The notes under the pieces: model-generated | The model's input: the letters and a program-made list of their open reading frames with translations, nothing else | Told to the model about the DNA's origin: nothing | The model's database searches: none | Made by a program: the position numbers and the translations under genes | NCBI RefSeq assembly: GCF_964204645.1 | Contig: NC_134029.1 | Location: 16,982,950-17,046,949 of the forward strand | Origin: Tubulanus polymorphus | Taxonomy: Eukaryota > Animalia > Nemertea | Length of the DNA stretch: 64,000 nucleotides | Direction of reading: 5' to 3' | Part shown: positions 1 through 11,524 of the stretch, one piece after another | Layout of the letters: each line of letters begins with the position of its first letter | Numbering within the stretch: the first letter of the stretch is position 1

Positions 1-981
1 TCTGATGAAAATATTCAATCTGAGATCTTACGAATGATGTTATTTTAGCCCTCTACTTCTGAAAACTGAATAGCGCGCTGTGAACTTCATCTTCAAAACA
101 AATTTGTTGAAAGGCAGTGTATCGAAAAACTGTACGTACAGTGCACTGCGAACTGAACGCGGCGTCTTCTCACTTAAAAAATTATTGACTTGACAGATTA
201 GTTCGATTTTCGACCGCAGCGGCGCTCTACGACATTGGACAAAAGAAACTTTCTACCTTTTGCCGATTTGATACTCACAAAATTATTTCAATGAAACGAC
301 CTTGAGATGATCGCAAAGCGAGAAAAATCCCGCAAAATACTGTCCGTACAGTGTCGCCCCTGTGTTATTTAGCCGCATTACACAATTTGACGTTACGCTT
401 ACACATTTTGGCGGTGTACTATGACATTTTGTCAAAGTACAGACAAATAGACGAAACGCTGATTTTTGGCGGGAATGGCCGCCCATAAAAACCAACATGC
501 CGACAAACCGAAAGTTTACCTACGTACTCACATAGCGAGGTTCTGACATACCAGCAAACTATTGAATTATTAGTATGAGGCCGCGTAAGATACATTGATT
601 TTTTACTACTTATGAATAAATATAATGGCGAGAGTCGAGAGACTCCTCAGATCGTCTTTTTTTCATATTTTTTTTGATAGTCATAGTGACATCAGATCAG
701 GCAAATTGCATTTGACCAGGAATCGTCATATCTCTTCGTATATGGAAAGCGACGACCGGTTTTTTGCGAGTTGTGGCCCAACGATCGGTTTTAGGACGGT
801 AGAAACTACGACGCAACAACTGCTCGAAATAGCCAATCGACTCAAAGACAGTATTTTCGTGAATCTCGAAAGCGTTATGAATGATATAGTTCGTCCACTA
901 AATTTTGAATGCTGCAACCAACTAAAAGTTAATAGCGCCTAATAAAAGTCGTCAATTCTTTGACGGTAGAGTACGTTAAGG

Positions 982-1113
982 GAACCGATGCTTTCAACGT
1001 GGTATGGCCGTAGACAACGAAATTGAAAAATCTACCGCTTTTGAATATCTCCTCAGATCGTCTCTTTTTCCAGAGGTCATATTTTCAGCACAATCCTTCT
1101 AACCTTCACCGCG
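982..1113 (-). pseudogene. Truncated 5S rRNA fragment (first ~34 nt) plus its upstream flank
   Basis: 982-1015 matches the 5' end of the 5S gene (10992-11025); 1016-1113 is homologous to the upstream flank at 11026-11123 (TACCGCTTTTGAATATCTCCTCAGATCGTCTCTT). Confidence 0.85.
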
Positions 1114-2159
1114 TAATTAGAACGTTTTATTAACTGCCAGTCCGGCCCACCAATGGACAAACTGCAGTTGTAACTGAAAATGCGTACTGATATCGTGACT
1201 AAAGAACGACAAGATATACTTTATTTTCGATAAATGAAAATCATCATATTCAGTATTTTTGCGTAATTTTTTTAATGGTTTTACGATAGGAAAACTATAA
1301 TTCATCAACTGACAAGTGTAGTCTTCAATGGCCAATGTCGTTGTTGAGGAAATAAGGCAAATAGGAAATGATTTTATCGGAAAGTGGCATGCTTAGAAGC
1401 GGAGCCAGTTGCAACGAGTTACACATGCTCTTCTTCAATTTCTGCAACGTGCTGTGAAAAGCTAGATGATAGTTGAGCACAGTCATCCCTGACGGTCGAT
1501 CGATTGGAATTCGACCGGCCTAGCAATCAATTATCGATGGGCGATAACGGCAGCACCTTATGGTGTAAGGAGGTTGTACGCCCTTAAAATGAGGCGGTTC
1601 ATTATTGATGTACTGGTTTTAAAATCCGCTAGCTAAATGAGCATTGCCGGCAGCACCACAAGGCCGCCCTTATACTAGCCACAGTAACAAGGAAGCCGCT
1701 CCCGTTATCGCCGCGCCGATATGTTGGTTTGTCATCGATTGAGGTGTCTCCATGGAAAGTTTCCAATGGGGTACCCGCAGTGCTACTTGACATTCGAGGA
1801 TTCCACTAATGGCATGCGAGGATCCGCCAGGTTTGCTAGTAGATCGTTGGTCATCCGCGTTCGTTTTCTTCTACATTTCAATTAATCAGTAATACACGAC
1901 GCGTAACCAACGTTGGTTTTTCATCGGTAATTTTAATGTCGTTGTATTTAGTCTCTTTGTTAGCCTAGTAAAAGGCTTCAGTGTTTTGTCGATTGTAACG
2001 TAAATCGGAAAAATCCGGAATTCGAGATTTAACGAATTTCTTATCATTTTATATACAAATGTATCCATATTGTTTGTCGAGTGAGAGAGTGCTAATTCTC
2101 GACGAGTTAAAATGCGAAAACGTCGGGTCGCCCGGCCTAGAATGCGTATAAGCTCACGC

Positions 2160-2500
2160 CCGTGTCATTCCAATGCTTGTCGAGTCGCGGTTTAAAACAG
2201 CTAGCGAGGGTTCCTCGGCCACGTTGGTGGGCAACTTGTTCCACTGGTTTGTTGCCCTGTGTTGCAGATAATTTCCGCGAATGCTCGTTTTATATCTCAG
2301 TTTTAGAATCATGAGGCTGTGACCACGGGTACGAATACTTCTCTGATGCGGCGGTACGAAATTTTGCGAAACAGAATAGAAGTTATGGAACAGCTTATAA
2401 ACCTCGATCGATATTGAAGTCTTTGCCTGTATAAGGGAGCGATCGAATGTGTTTAATTAGCTTAGTACCCGGCGTTGGATCGCTTCTAGTTTCATAAATG
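2160..2500 (-). mobile_element. Degenerate CR1-type LINE, 3' end of ORF2
   Basis: Manual translation of the minus strand gives RTRGHSLMILKLRYKTSIRGNYLQHRATNQWNKLPTNVAE, then after a frameshift FKPRLDKHW. This resembles the TRGH...WN.LP...FK.RLD tail of CR1 ORF2. Boundaries approximate. Confidence 0.7.
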
Positions 2501-2760
2501 TGAAAATACTACGTTCATAAATGATTCATAAATTCATAAATGTGCGCAGCGCTAAATGCGTACGCAAAATGCGCTCGTGTGCGGGGGCCTTTAGGAACCG
2601 GAATTCATCTAAATGTCTGAAGGAGTTCCTAATTACGTAAGGCATACTATGTAATTAAGTCTCAATGAACTTTTCTCATAAATGGATCAAAGATTCATGA
2701 AAATCATATATAACCGATATATCTGAGTACAAGAATGAAATTATATTGCATATTAGGGGC

Positions 2761-3318
2761 TATATTGGGGTGATAAATTAGTAGTTTGCATAGAGGGAGG
2801 GAAGCCAGAGTTCAGGGCAGTGGCTGAAGTTAGTAAACAACCTACGTAGATGCTTACGTTGCACATAAGACACTGAATAGAAGATAGGTGAAAGTGACGT
2901 GAGTATCTGCGTAGGGTTGCTGGTTATAGCGGCAGCCTTGAGCTCTGGTATGGCTAGGAAGTGAACAAGTAATAAACTCGTGACGTATAACATATGTAGA
3001 AGTATACGTCACGAGTAACATGAAATAATATAAAAAGGGAGGGTCAGCACAGTAAGGGAGAGAGAGATGCTAGAGTGGCGGAGAAGCCTAAAAATACGAG
3101 CTGTAGGAAGGAATAAGAATTGTGCGGGAAAATAAAGAAAGAACGTAGACCCACGAGAAGAGTTGTTATTATTCCGGAGTCAGAGGGATATCACTTATCG
3201 GATTAATCGGAGCCAACAACGACAACACGAGGGGAGAACGCAACGCGGCCCCCACAACAATTGGTTGAGAAACTCAACCCCACAACATTGTTGGAGAACC
3301 GAAAGCAACCCCACAACA
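2761..3318 (+). mobile_element. Possible degenerate solo LTR
   Basis: TATAAAA box near 3028, purine-rich tract, AATAAA near 3131, ending in repeated CCCCACAACA. No clean TSD seen. Confidence 0.3.
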
Positions 3319-6300
3319 GCTGTCGTGATAATATATGGATTGAGGAGTCTGGAAATTCAGTTCAATGTTCATTGAAAATGAACTAATTTCGACAACGGAC
3401 GACCTATTGCTTGTCACGCCATCTGGCCCCATTACAGTAACGGTAACGTTCCGAGTAAAAAAAAAAAAAACGAAACAAAAAACTGTTTGCCGACATTTCT
3501 TTTCCAGATTCATTAAATCGATTGTAGACATGTTGTTTGTGTATGAGTGAGATCACAGATGGAGGTCGTATATGTGTATGCCAATGTCGTATACATATTG
3601 AACAAGAAAATTAATTTTAGAAAATTATTTGACGCCTGGGAAAAAAATGTAGAATCTTATGGGCTAAGCTAATGTGGAATTGCAAATTTGAAATCGAAGT
3701 TTTAAGAAATTTGGGGAATGATGAGATTTGGCGATTGGGTAGATGATACAGGTCTTCGACTCTAGTAGTGGTTTAAATTTTTTTATTGAAAATTCTCAAT
3801 AATTGATCGCGAACTTGCGACCGACTTCATTTACTTATGCCTCTAAGCTGGTCTGCAACTTCATTGCCTCCATGGATGAAGAAAGAGCTCTTCTGATGTC
3901 TGCTTCATTATGACTTCGAGCATATCGTGTGGCCTAGCCAGCCGGCCCGGTCCCCGGGCCCGGGCCACGCGTTTGGCTGTCACTCGATTTCCTAGAGTCT
4001 TGAGTCTGGGTGGGTTGAAGTAGACATTGTCATTTAAAATAACATGCTTATGTTGTTCTGTATGAATTACCCGTGTGTCATGTATGTTGTATTAATTTAT
4101 TTTAAAATTTGTATTTATTGAATTTGGGAATTTTATCCCGGAATTTCAATGTAATAAGGATCAATAAAGAATTGAATTGAATTGTCACCTAATACACATG
4201 CCATCAGAGGACACAGAGCCGTATATGACAGCTATGCTACTATAAATTGCTAATCTCACGAAACTTGCATAATCCTAATATCAAACATATTTTCACAAAC
4301 GATTGAATATTGAAATTATGTGTTTACACATTTTCATATTGACCGCTTGTAGCCGCTGATGAAATTCACGCCGGCCCTACACACATCGTAGATAGCTTCG
4401 TCATTCCACCGGCATGCCCACGTCAGGGTCTGACTTTTATATCAGACTTCCGCATCGTGTATACATCCGCCATTTAACCGAATAATCCGATTTACTTATC
4501 ATTTCTATTTATGCCTGCCGCTTCTGATATAATCATTCATCCTTTACTATTACAATACGTCTTCTAATGATATTCAATGCAATATAACATTTCGACGTTC
4601 AAATATAGGTCATTATATAATCACAGGAAGCCATTCTACATCTATGTCAATAATATTTTGCCAGATAGCTTGTTTGTGTACACATAAACCTGTGACGTTT
4701 TGCACATCGATTTACGGCTGTCGTTTGTAAAATGACGCTGAATGGTTAGCATTGTTTAGGTTTCATAATGGTAACGTTTTATAAGGCGTCAAAAAAGGTT
4801 CAAATATACGTATACCGTATATCTACCACGATAATATGGTCTTCATCAAATGAGCATCTGTGCAAAACATAAATACATTTAGTTAATAAATGCATAAGAT
4901 GGAATTACATTATTGTATGTGTGCGTACGCAACATAGTTTCATGGCAATTGTTATGTACCGGTACAATAAAAAACCTAAATCTATTTCGCTAACGTCTCT
5001 AGCCATAAATATCTTGTTTATTGAACTGTCTTCCGAGGGTGTGGCATTATTATTGCATATTTGACCCTACGGTACCAACCAGGTTTGCACAATAGGTAAT
5101 AATTCAGTGATACCGATAAAGGGTGTTTTGAGAAAGGAAGAAATATATCTTACAAGTAACACGATGGCATCGCCACCCTTGTTATTAATCCCCTTGAGTA
5201 TTAATCAACTTAAAGTAAAAGTAAAACAAGTAATGTTATCAACAAATGTAAAAGATTGAATTATTGTATGTCCTGTATCACAGAACAAGCATCTCTTACC
5301 CCGACTGAAATGATACCAAAAATAGTATCTGATAAGGGCCGTGAAAACTATTTCACCATCGATCAGCCTCTTATGTTCATCGGCATTTCGTAGATTTCAT
5401 TATGAGAAGACAATAATTTCGTATTTAAATGTATCAGCCACAAATCAGCACGTACGTATCTGTGTGTTCACATCTTTGGAGAGATCCCCTCTCAGTTAGA
5501 TTCAACATCCGTGTCAACAAATCTTTAGCTATATTTAAAGTGAAAACGTTGAGACGAAACGACTGAACCCACCAACTTATTCGAGAGCGACGTCACATCT
5601 TCATTTGCTCTTTATACTTTCTGCTTATATATGATTTGTGTTCGAGAGGTAAAACCTTGTTCAGTCCGGCGATAATCATACAAAATGCATTAAATCATTT
5701 TCTTAATGACATTATACCATAATTAATGACCGTAGTATTTTACCAGTAATTTTTATTTTCCCTATTAATGATCGAATTTTCATACTACGATTCCCCCTAA
5801 TTGTTAGTTATGTAATTTTGTGGTTTTTTGCTATTTGCTATGTAATTATTTGTGGAACAATACTAAACTGAAACGGGAACTGTTATACACAAACGTGCGT
5901 GAAGTGAAAATACGTCAGGTGTAATCATGTTAATGTTTATATACCTCCGCCTCTCGGTTCAAATCAGGTTTATGCAGGCATAGGCTTACAAATCAAATTG
6001 GCTATAGTTTTAAGTTAGTTAGCGCAGTTAATGAATAATCATCATTTGTTAATTATATCAAAAAACAAATTCTTGAAAAAAATGATACAACACAATTACA
6101 TAATACTGTATGGCGGATACATGAAGATAATTCAAGTATAAATACATTAAATACATAATATACCAAAGGTAATTGAAAGCCTTTCCACATAGATTTACGA
6201 CATACATGGCATATATTTCTGTGGTCACACTGCACATAGTTAGATTACCCGTTCATCAGTTGAAGAGGGATATTAAAGTCTTTCAGAAAGATTGCATGAC

Positions 6301-6329
6301 CTACTAGCACTGGATATTAAGTGGATGAA

Positions 6330-6780
6330 TCTCTCTTTGTTCAGGTTTGTCCAGTAAGTTATTGGTAAATAGCTTTGTGCAGAAAATGCAGGACAGATTA
6401 AGGCAAAATGGTACTCGTCCTCAATTTCATTCAGATTACAAATCTACAAATCCAATTAGTATATGGTATCTTGGGTCTGGCCCAACATCCAGTTTCGACT
6501 AACAGATCATGACTAGAACATCTAAACCTTGCAATCCTTATACGTACGTCCTTATGTAAACCTAGATATGATTCACAGATTACCCCCTTCTTAAATTCAC
6601 GAAAATAATTGGCTTTAGATGAGTTTTATTAAAAAGTATGCCATATAATTGCTGCTTGAACTGATCAAGCATGCTAAGCTCGACTGAGCGCAATAACCAC
6701 TTTTCATTGTCAACTCGCTGGTCTAACCAGAATTGGCCATATCCATATAAATCCTGATCGAGTTTATACGACATGATTGT
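6330..6780 (-). mobile_element. Degenerate non-LTR retrotransposon, C-terminal fragment
   Basis: Minus strand reads RFRCSSHDLLVETG...ICNLNEIEDEYHFALICP across a frameshift, matching the SSH.L.IETG / C..C...ED..H....CP tail of LINE ORF2. Confidence 0.7.
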
Positions 6781-6929
6781 TCACGTCAAATGACAGTCAA
6801 CTGTAACTTTTCACCTCAGTAAACAGCCTTCTTGCTTAACGTCCAATACGATGGATTGTGCTTACTTAAAACTGTGACTCTCCCTTGTGCTTGACGTATC
6901 TATGTGTCTTAATATGGCATTGGCCTAAT

Positions 6930-7770
6930 ATGGCGGGTGGTGCTAATTTAAAGTAATTGAATGTCAAGTTGACATCCACAATAATCATATTAATTTTAGC
7001 CATCAGACCGAAATCAGTTGAAATATACACCTCATTTGTACTTCTGGTTAATCTGGGCATGATATATGGCATTTTATATTTTCAAAATAGCCCACGATAG
7101 CCATTTTTGATTTTTCGAATGTCAATGGCATCCCTCTCCAAACTAGTAATATATCATCTTTTACGATTAAGCACACTAAAATGGAAATAGATGTCATTTG
7201 TACTTATGGCTTATCTGGGACCTGATGGCAATTCAGATTTTTCAAAATCTGACGGTGACCATTTTTTAATTTTTTTTAGGTCAAGGTCATCTCCAAACCA
7301 TTAATTTGTCATTTTATATGATATAACACACAAATATTAGTGGAAATAGATAACTCATTTGTACGTCTGGATATCTGAAGCCTGATAGGTGATTTTCTAT
7401 ACTTTTAAAATCTCCGACGGTGGCCATGTTGGAATTTTCAAGGCCAGGGTCATCTCCAAACTATGAATATACCATTCCATATGATCTAGCACACTATAGT
7501 TTGTTGAAATAGACACATATGTTGTTCCTCGGCTTATCTGGGGCCTGATATATGGCATTTCACATTATTCAAAATTGCCGATGATGGCTATTTTGGATTT
7601 TAAAAAGTCAAGGTCATCTCTCCAAACTATTAATCAACCATTTCCCTTGATAAAGCACAGTCAGTAGAAATAGATACCTCATTTGTAATGATGCCTTCTC
7701 TGGGGCCTGAAATATGGTATAAATATGATTTCTATTGTGGGTGGTGGCCAGCATTTTCAAAATGAAGACT
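6930..7770. repeat. Diverged tandem repeat, ~162-bp unit, ~5 copies
   Basis: CTCATTTGTAC-like anchors recur near 7031, 7193, 7354, 7515 and 7678, with shared CATCTCCAAAC and TTTTCAAAAT blocks. Confidence 0.75.
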
Positions 7771-7847
7771 GTATATTGTATAAACATACGTATATACAAT
7801 ACCCACGTACCTGTGCCGCTTTCTTACTGACTTTTTATCAGTGTGCA

Positions 7848-8566
7848 TAGGGAATGACCCTGCTATTTTTTTGATTGGTAGATTTCGTTTGATTTGTTTT
7901 GATTTGGGCCCTCTCGTTTGACCGTGACACATCCACGGACCTAACATGCACCGTAGATTAGAAACACAAATCTGCCCCCGGTACAACTTCTACTTTTAGG
8001 CAAACTCATCACCACATACGAAGTAACAAATTGCACCCTTCATTGGAGCTGCACCGTGGATGTCATCAAGTGCGCTCATCTGAATAATTTGCGTAACGAA
8101 ATATTGTGCTATTTTTAATCCAGTCAACAACAGGGACAATCATCTTCGGGGACTTATACATCGATACCCGAGAAAAACTACAATAAACTTTCGGACTATT
8201 TACACGTGGAAAACAACCCAAGAAAACTATAAATGGACAAAATTGTCTTCAACCTTGCAATAGCGGTATAATTATTTCCAAAATCTCGATTTATTAAATT
8301 AGGCAGCCGACAAAATTAACTTCAATCATTCGCCTGCCGGTTCTGGCTGGTTACGAAATTGCCAATTATGCACTCCAATTTAAACAAAGAATTTTGTAAG
8401 ATCGACAGCCGATAACAGAACTATGAATGTGCTTCGATTTTCGATTTCAGAATCAAACTCCTGATACGCTTCCGGCCGGTGTGGTGGGTTTGTACGGGAC
8501 ACCTAATCAAAGCAAATCAAATCAAACGAAACCTACAAATCAAACAAATAACAGGGTCAATCCCTA
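7848..8566. mobile_element. Non-autonomous DNA transposon (MITE) with ~60-bp imperfect TIRs
   Basis: Left TAGGGAATGACCCTGCTATTTTTTGATTGGTAGATTTCGTTTGATTTG versus the reverse complement of the right end TAGGGATTGACCCTGTTATTTGTTTGATTTGTAGGTTTCGTTTGATTTG. Confidence 0.7.
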
Positions 8567-9289
8567 TTTTAAGATCAAACAAGCATTTAATTTCAGATAA
8601 TCATTCATATAGCCTTGTTAGTGGTAGCCTTGACTGGCTACCACTCAATAAACGAGTAAACCTTCATTATCGATTTTTCTCAAAACTAAGGATTTTAATT
8701 CTCCGCAAGCAATGCACACGTCGTGTGGTAACTTTCAATTGGATTCGGTATCTGCACCAAAATTCTTCTGGATTTGTTTTTTACTATATACGCTCTTTTT
8801 ACTGAGCATTGGTTTTGGGAGCAGGAACTGATGAATATGGAGATACCCATACGTAAAATGTCATATTTGCCGTTTTTATTTAGTTTATTTAGAACTTTCT
8901 TCAGTGAATTATGATGGTGAATGTGTTGTCAATGTTATGCTTTTTTGACCGTTCGTCCGATGGTTGATGATTAAGGGACGGAGACGAATCGTGACAGATA
9001 TACCGTTAAAAAAGTTTTGATTTACCTGGTGCAAGAGCAAAATCAACTTGTTATTAATAAGACAAACAGATGGAATAAAGTGCGCAAATCTGTGCCATAC
9101 GCGACCTGTGCCGACCCGGCGCCTGAGGTGTAATGCCTGAGGTAATGCAAGTTGTGACATATCAGGTGCCGATTTAAAAGAATGTGGATGATATTAGATT
9201 ATTTCTATGGCACTTTTTCAGCAACCAATTGTATGGTCCCAATCGAACCCAGAAACTAAAATCCCTACATTTCGTCATCTCTTCATTTA

Positions 9290-10279
9290 TCAATTTTTCG
9301 CTCTGGTGTTCTTCGAAGAGCGGAATAAGAATTTCATTTGTTCCTTAAAGTTTCTACTGTACACATAATAGAATATGCCGTTCACAGCCGAATTCATGGC
9401 TTGAAAAATTTCATTTAAAAGTAATATCCGCCAGGTAATAGACCACGGAAAATAAAGTCCTAAAACATTAAATAGCATATCAGGGAAAACTGACACCATA
9501 AAAATGGCGACAAATACCATTCTGTGAGCCGTTCCATCTTTATTTTGTTTACTCGCATCTACACCGGTCAGCTGTCTCCTAGTACTAGCGTGAATTTGTA
9601 ATTTGATTATCATAACCAAATTCAGAAGTGGTATGAGAGAGAATGGCAGGTAAGTCGAGAAAATGATTTTCAACAAATACGAATATTTTGGGGGACTGTA
9701 AACCTGTTTGGCACCGGGGACAGTGAGGCCGTATGTACATGTCCCATTTACATACGCAACAATTCTGTTCTGCGCCCGATACGAAGTTACTCCACACCAT
9801 ATAAGAATCCAAACGGCTGAAATTGCGTAACAATGTTTCAAATTCCAATATCTCTTTGCTTTAAGCGGAAAACATATGTGAAATGCTCGATCGAACGTCA
9901 CCAGTAAGGTCAAACTGTTGCGTATGTCAGATCCCCATTTTGAGATAATATTGCCAGCTATGTTAAGTTCAGTGGCTCCCAAACCGACGTTTAAATACAG
10001 TCCGATCTTTCCATAGCGAATAAGTTTCAAAACCCAAGTAAAATGGTTATAAATAATGATAGCGATACAACAGACAATATCAAAAACAGCCAGTAACAAT
10101 AAGATGAAATGCGAAGTTGCCGAATTATTCATTTTATGAAGTCGATAAAGCACGACCAACGTAACCGAATTGGTGATGAGACCGAACCATCCGACCGGTC
10201 CTATCACCGTAACAGCAACAAGATTCCAAACTCTGCTAATGCGAGGCAAGCATTTGTCTATAAGTGATGCGTTCAACAT
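9290..10279 (-). CDS. Intronless rhodopsin-like (class A) GPCR, peptide/chemoreceptor-like, 329 aa
   Basis: Seven hydrophobic segments; GLITN (TM1), LAVFD (TM2), TFDRAFHICFPL (DRY-like), PFSLIP (TM5), NSAVNGIFYY (NPxxY-like) and helix 8 SRNFKEQ. Confidence 0.9.
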   Translation of the reverse strand: MLNASLIDKCLPRISRVWNLVAVTVIGPVGWFGLITNSVTLVVLYRLHKMNNSATSHFILLLLAVFDIVCCIAIIIYNHFTWVLKLIRYGKIGLYLNVGLGATELNIAGNIISKWGSDIRNSLTLLVTFDRAFHICFPLKAKRYWNLKHCYAISAVWILIWCGVTSYRAQNRIVAYVNGTCTYGLTVPGAKQVYSPPKYSYLLKIIFSTYLPFSLIPLLNLVMIIKLQIHASTRRQLTGVDASKQNKDGTAHRMVFVAIFMVSVFPDMLFNVLGLYFPWSITWRILLLNEIFQAMNSAVNGIFYYVYSRNFKEQMKFLFRSSKNTRAKN

Positions 10280-10906
10280 TATTGCTACTGAATTGCTGTC
10301 GAGTGCGCGATGGCAAAATTATATATCAGGTGAACACGCCCAGAATTCTGGAATGTTTTTTTTTGTATATTGTAAAGACAATTGTTCTGTACTTCAGAAG
10401 ATACATATTGAAAATTGACACCGTGATATATATACACGTAGTAATAGATATCTATCATTGCGCATCCACTAAACCAAGTGAAGCACATGAAAAGAATTTA
10501 GTCTGGACTGAAGTTCTAGGACCATTTCTATTCTTAGCTCTTTTGGGCCCGTCTTTCTAACATAATTTGGAAAAATTTTTAAACATATTTCTATTCGGCT
10601 TCTGCTAAACTACGTAATTGCTACCAACTAGAACTTAAAAGGGGTGAATAAAAGTTGACAATCGTTCGTAGAGCGTATTAGGTTGGATTTGCCAGTCCCA
10701 AAGTGTTTGGGGTTACAATGACGGGTCATAAGTCGAGCTGAACCTGGTATCAGTAAAAATGTGATTTTGTAAATGAAAACAAGGGAAATTCGGGCGATTA
10801 TCTTTTCACTCAAATTCGTGAAGACAAAAACACGAGAAACACGCACAACGGCTTTTTGAAACGTTTTATTGTGAATTTTTGAAATAGATTAATGAAAATG
10901 GTGAAA

Positions 10907-11025
10907 AAGTCTACAGCACCCGGTATTCCCAGGCGGTCACCCATCCAAGTACTAAGGGGCCCGACATTGCTTAACTTCAGTGATCGGACGAGAACCGGTG
11001 CTTTCAACGTGGTATGGCCGTAGAC
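10907..11025 (-). rRNA. 5S rRNA gene (solitary, possibly decaying copy)
   Basis: GTCTACGGCCATACCACGTTGAAAGCACCGGTTCTCGTCCGATC...AGTACTTGGATGGGTGACCGCCTGGGAATACCGGGTGCTGTAGACTT, 119 nt, followed by a T5 Pol III terminator (10904-10908). Confidence 0.95.
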
Positions 11026-11524
11026 AACAAAACTAAAAAATGTACCGCTTTTGAATATCTCCTCAGATCGTCTCTTCTTTCAAAATCATATTTTCGGCAC
11101 AATCCTTCAAAGTTTAACCGCGCGAAAATCCAAAAAGTTTTTCTCGCGATGAAATTTTTTAACCCGTGATATTTCACAAAAATATGAAAACTTAAAACTA
11201 TCTATAGTGCTTGCTTTGGAATTAGCAAGGCATGCATTCTAGATTAAAGATGATTTTTCACTACTGTCAAGTAATAGCCTGTGGAAACCAATTCTCATCA
11301 CATGAGATTTGTTTTATAATCAGCTGCTCGCGCTACAATTATTCCTTTATATAGAACAGTCAGACTGCAGCATGTGACACAGGATTAATATTATGCTTCC
11401 ATTGCATACGTGTATATGTATAATATGAACAATATCAGATTGGAATAAACTCGCGAGGTGAATTAACTAATGTAGCCGCCACAAAAGCTGTGTTTTCATT
11501 TTGCAGATAATTTGAACTGTTGCA

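Noticed and set aside
283-9160. Many 60-108-aa ORFs in the first 9 kb
   Set aside because: No domain-like motifs or splice-consistent structure; the region is intergenic with decayed repeats.
10810-11007. 65-aa ORF MKAPVLVRSLKLS...
   Set aside because: Spurious translation of the 5S rRNA gene.
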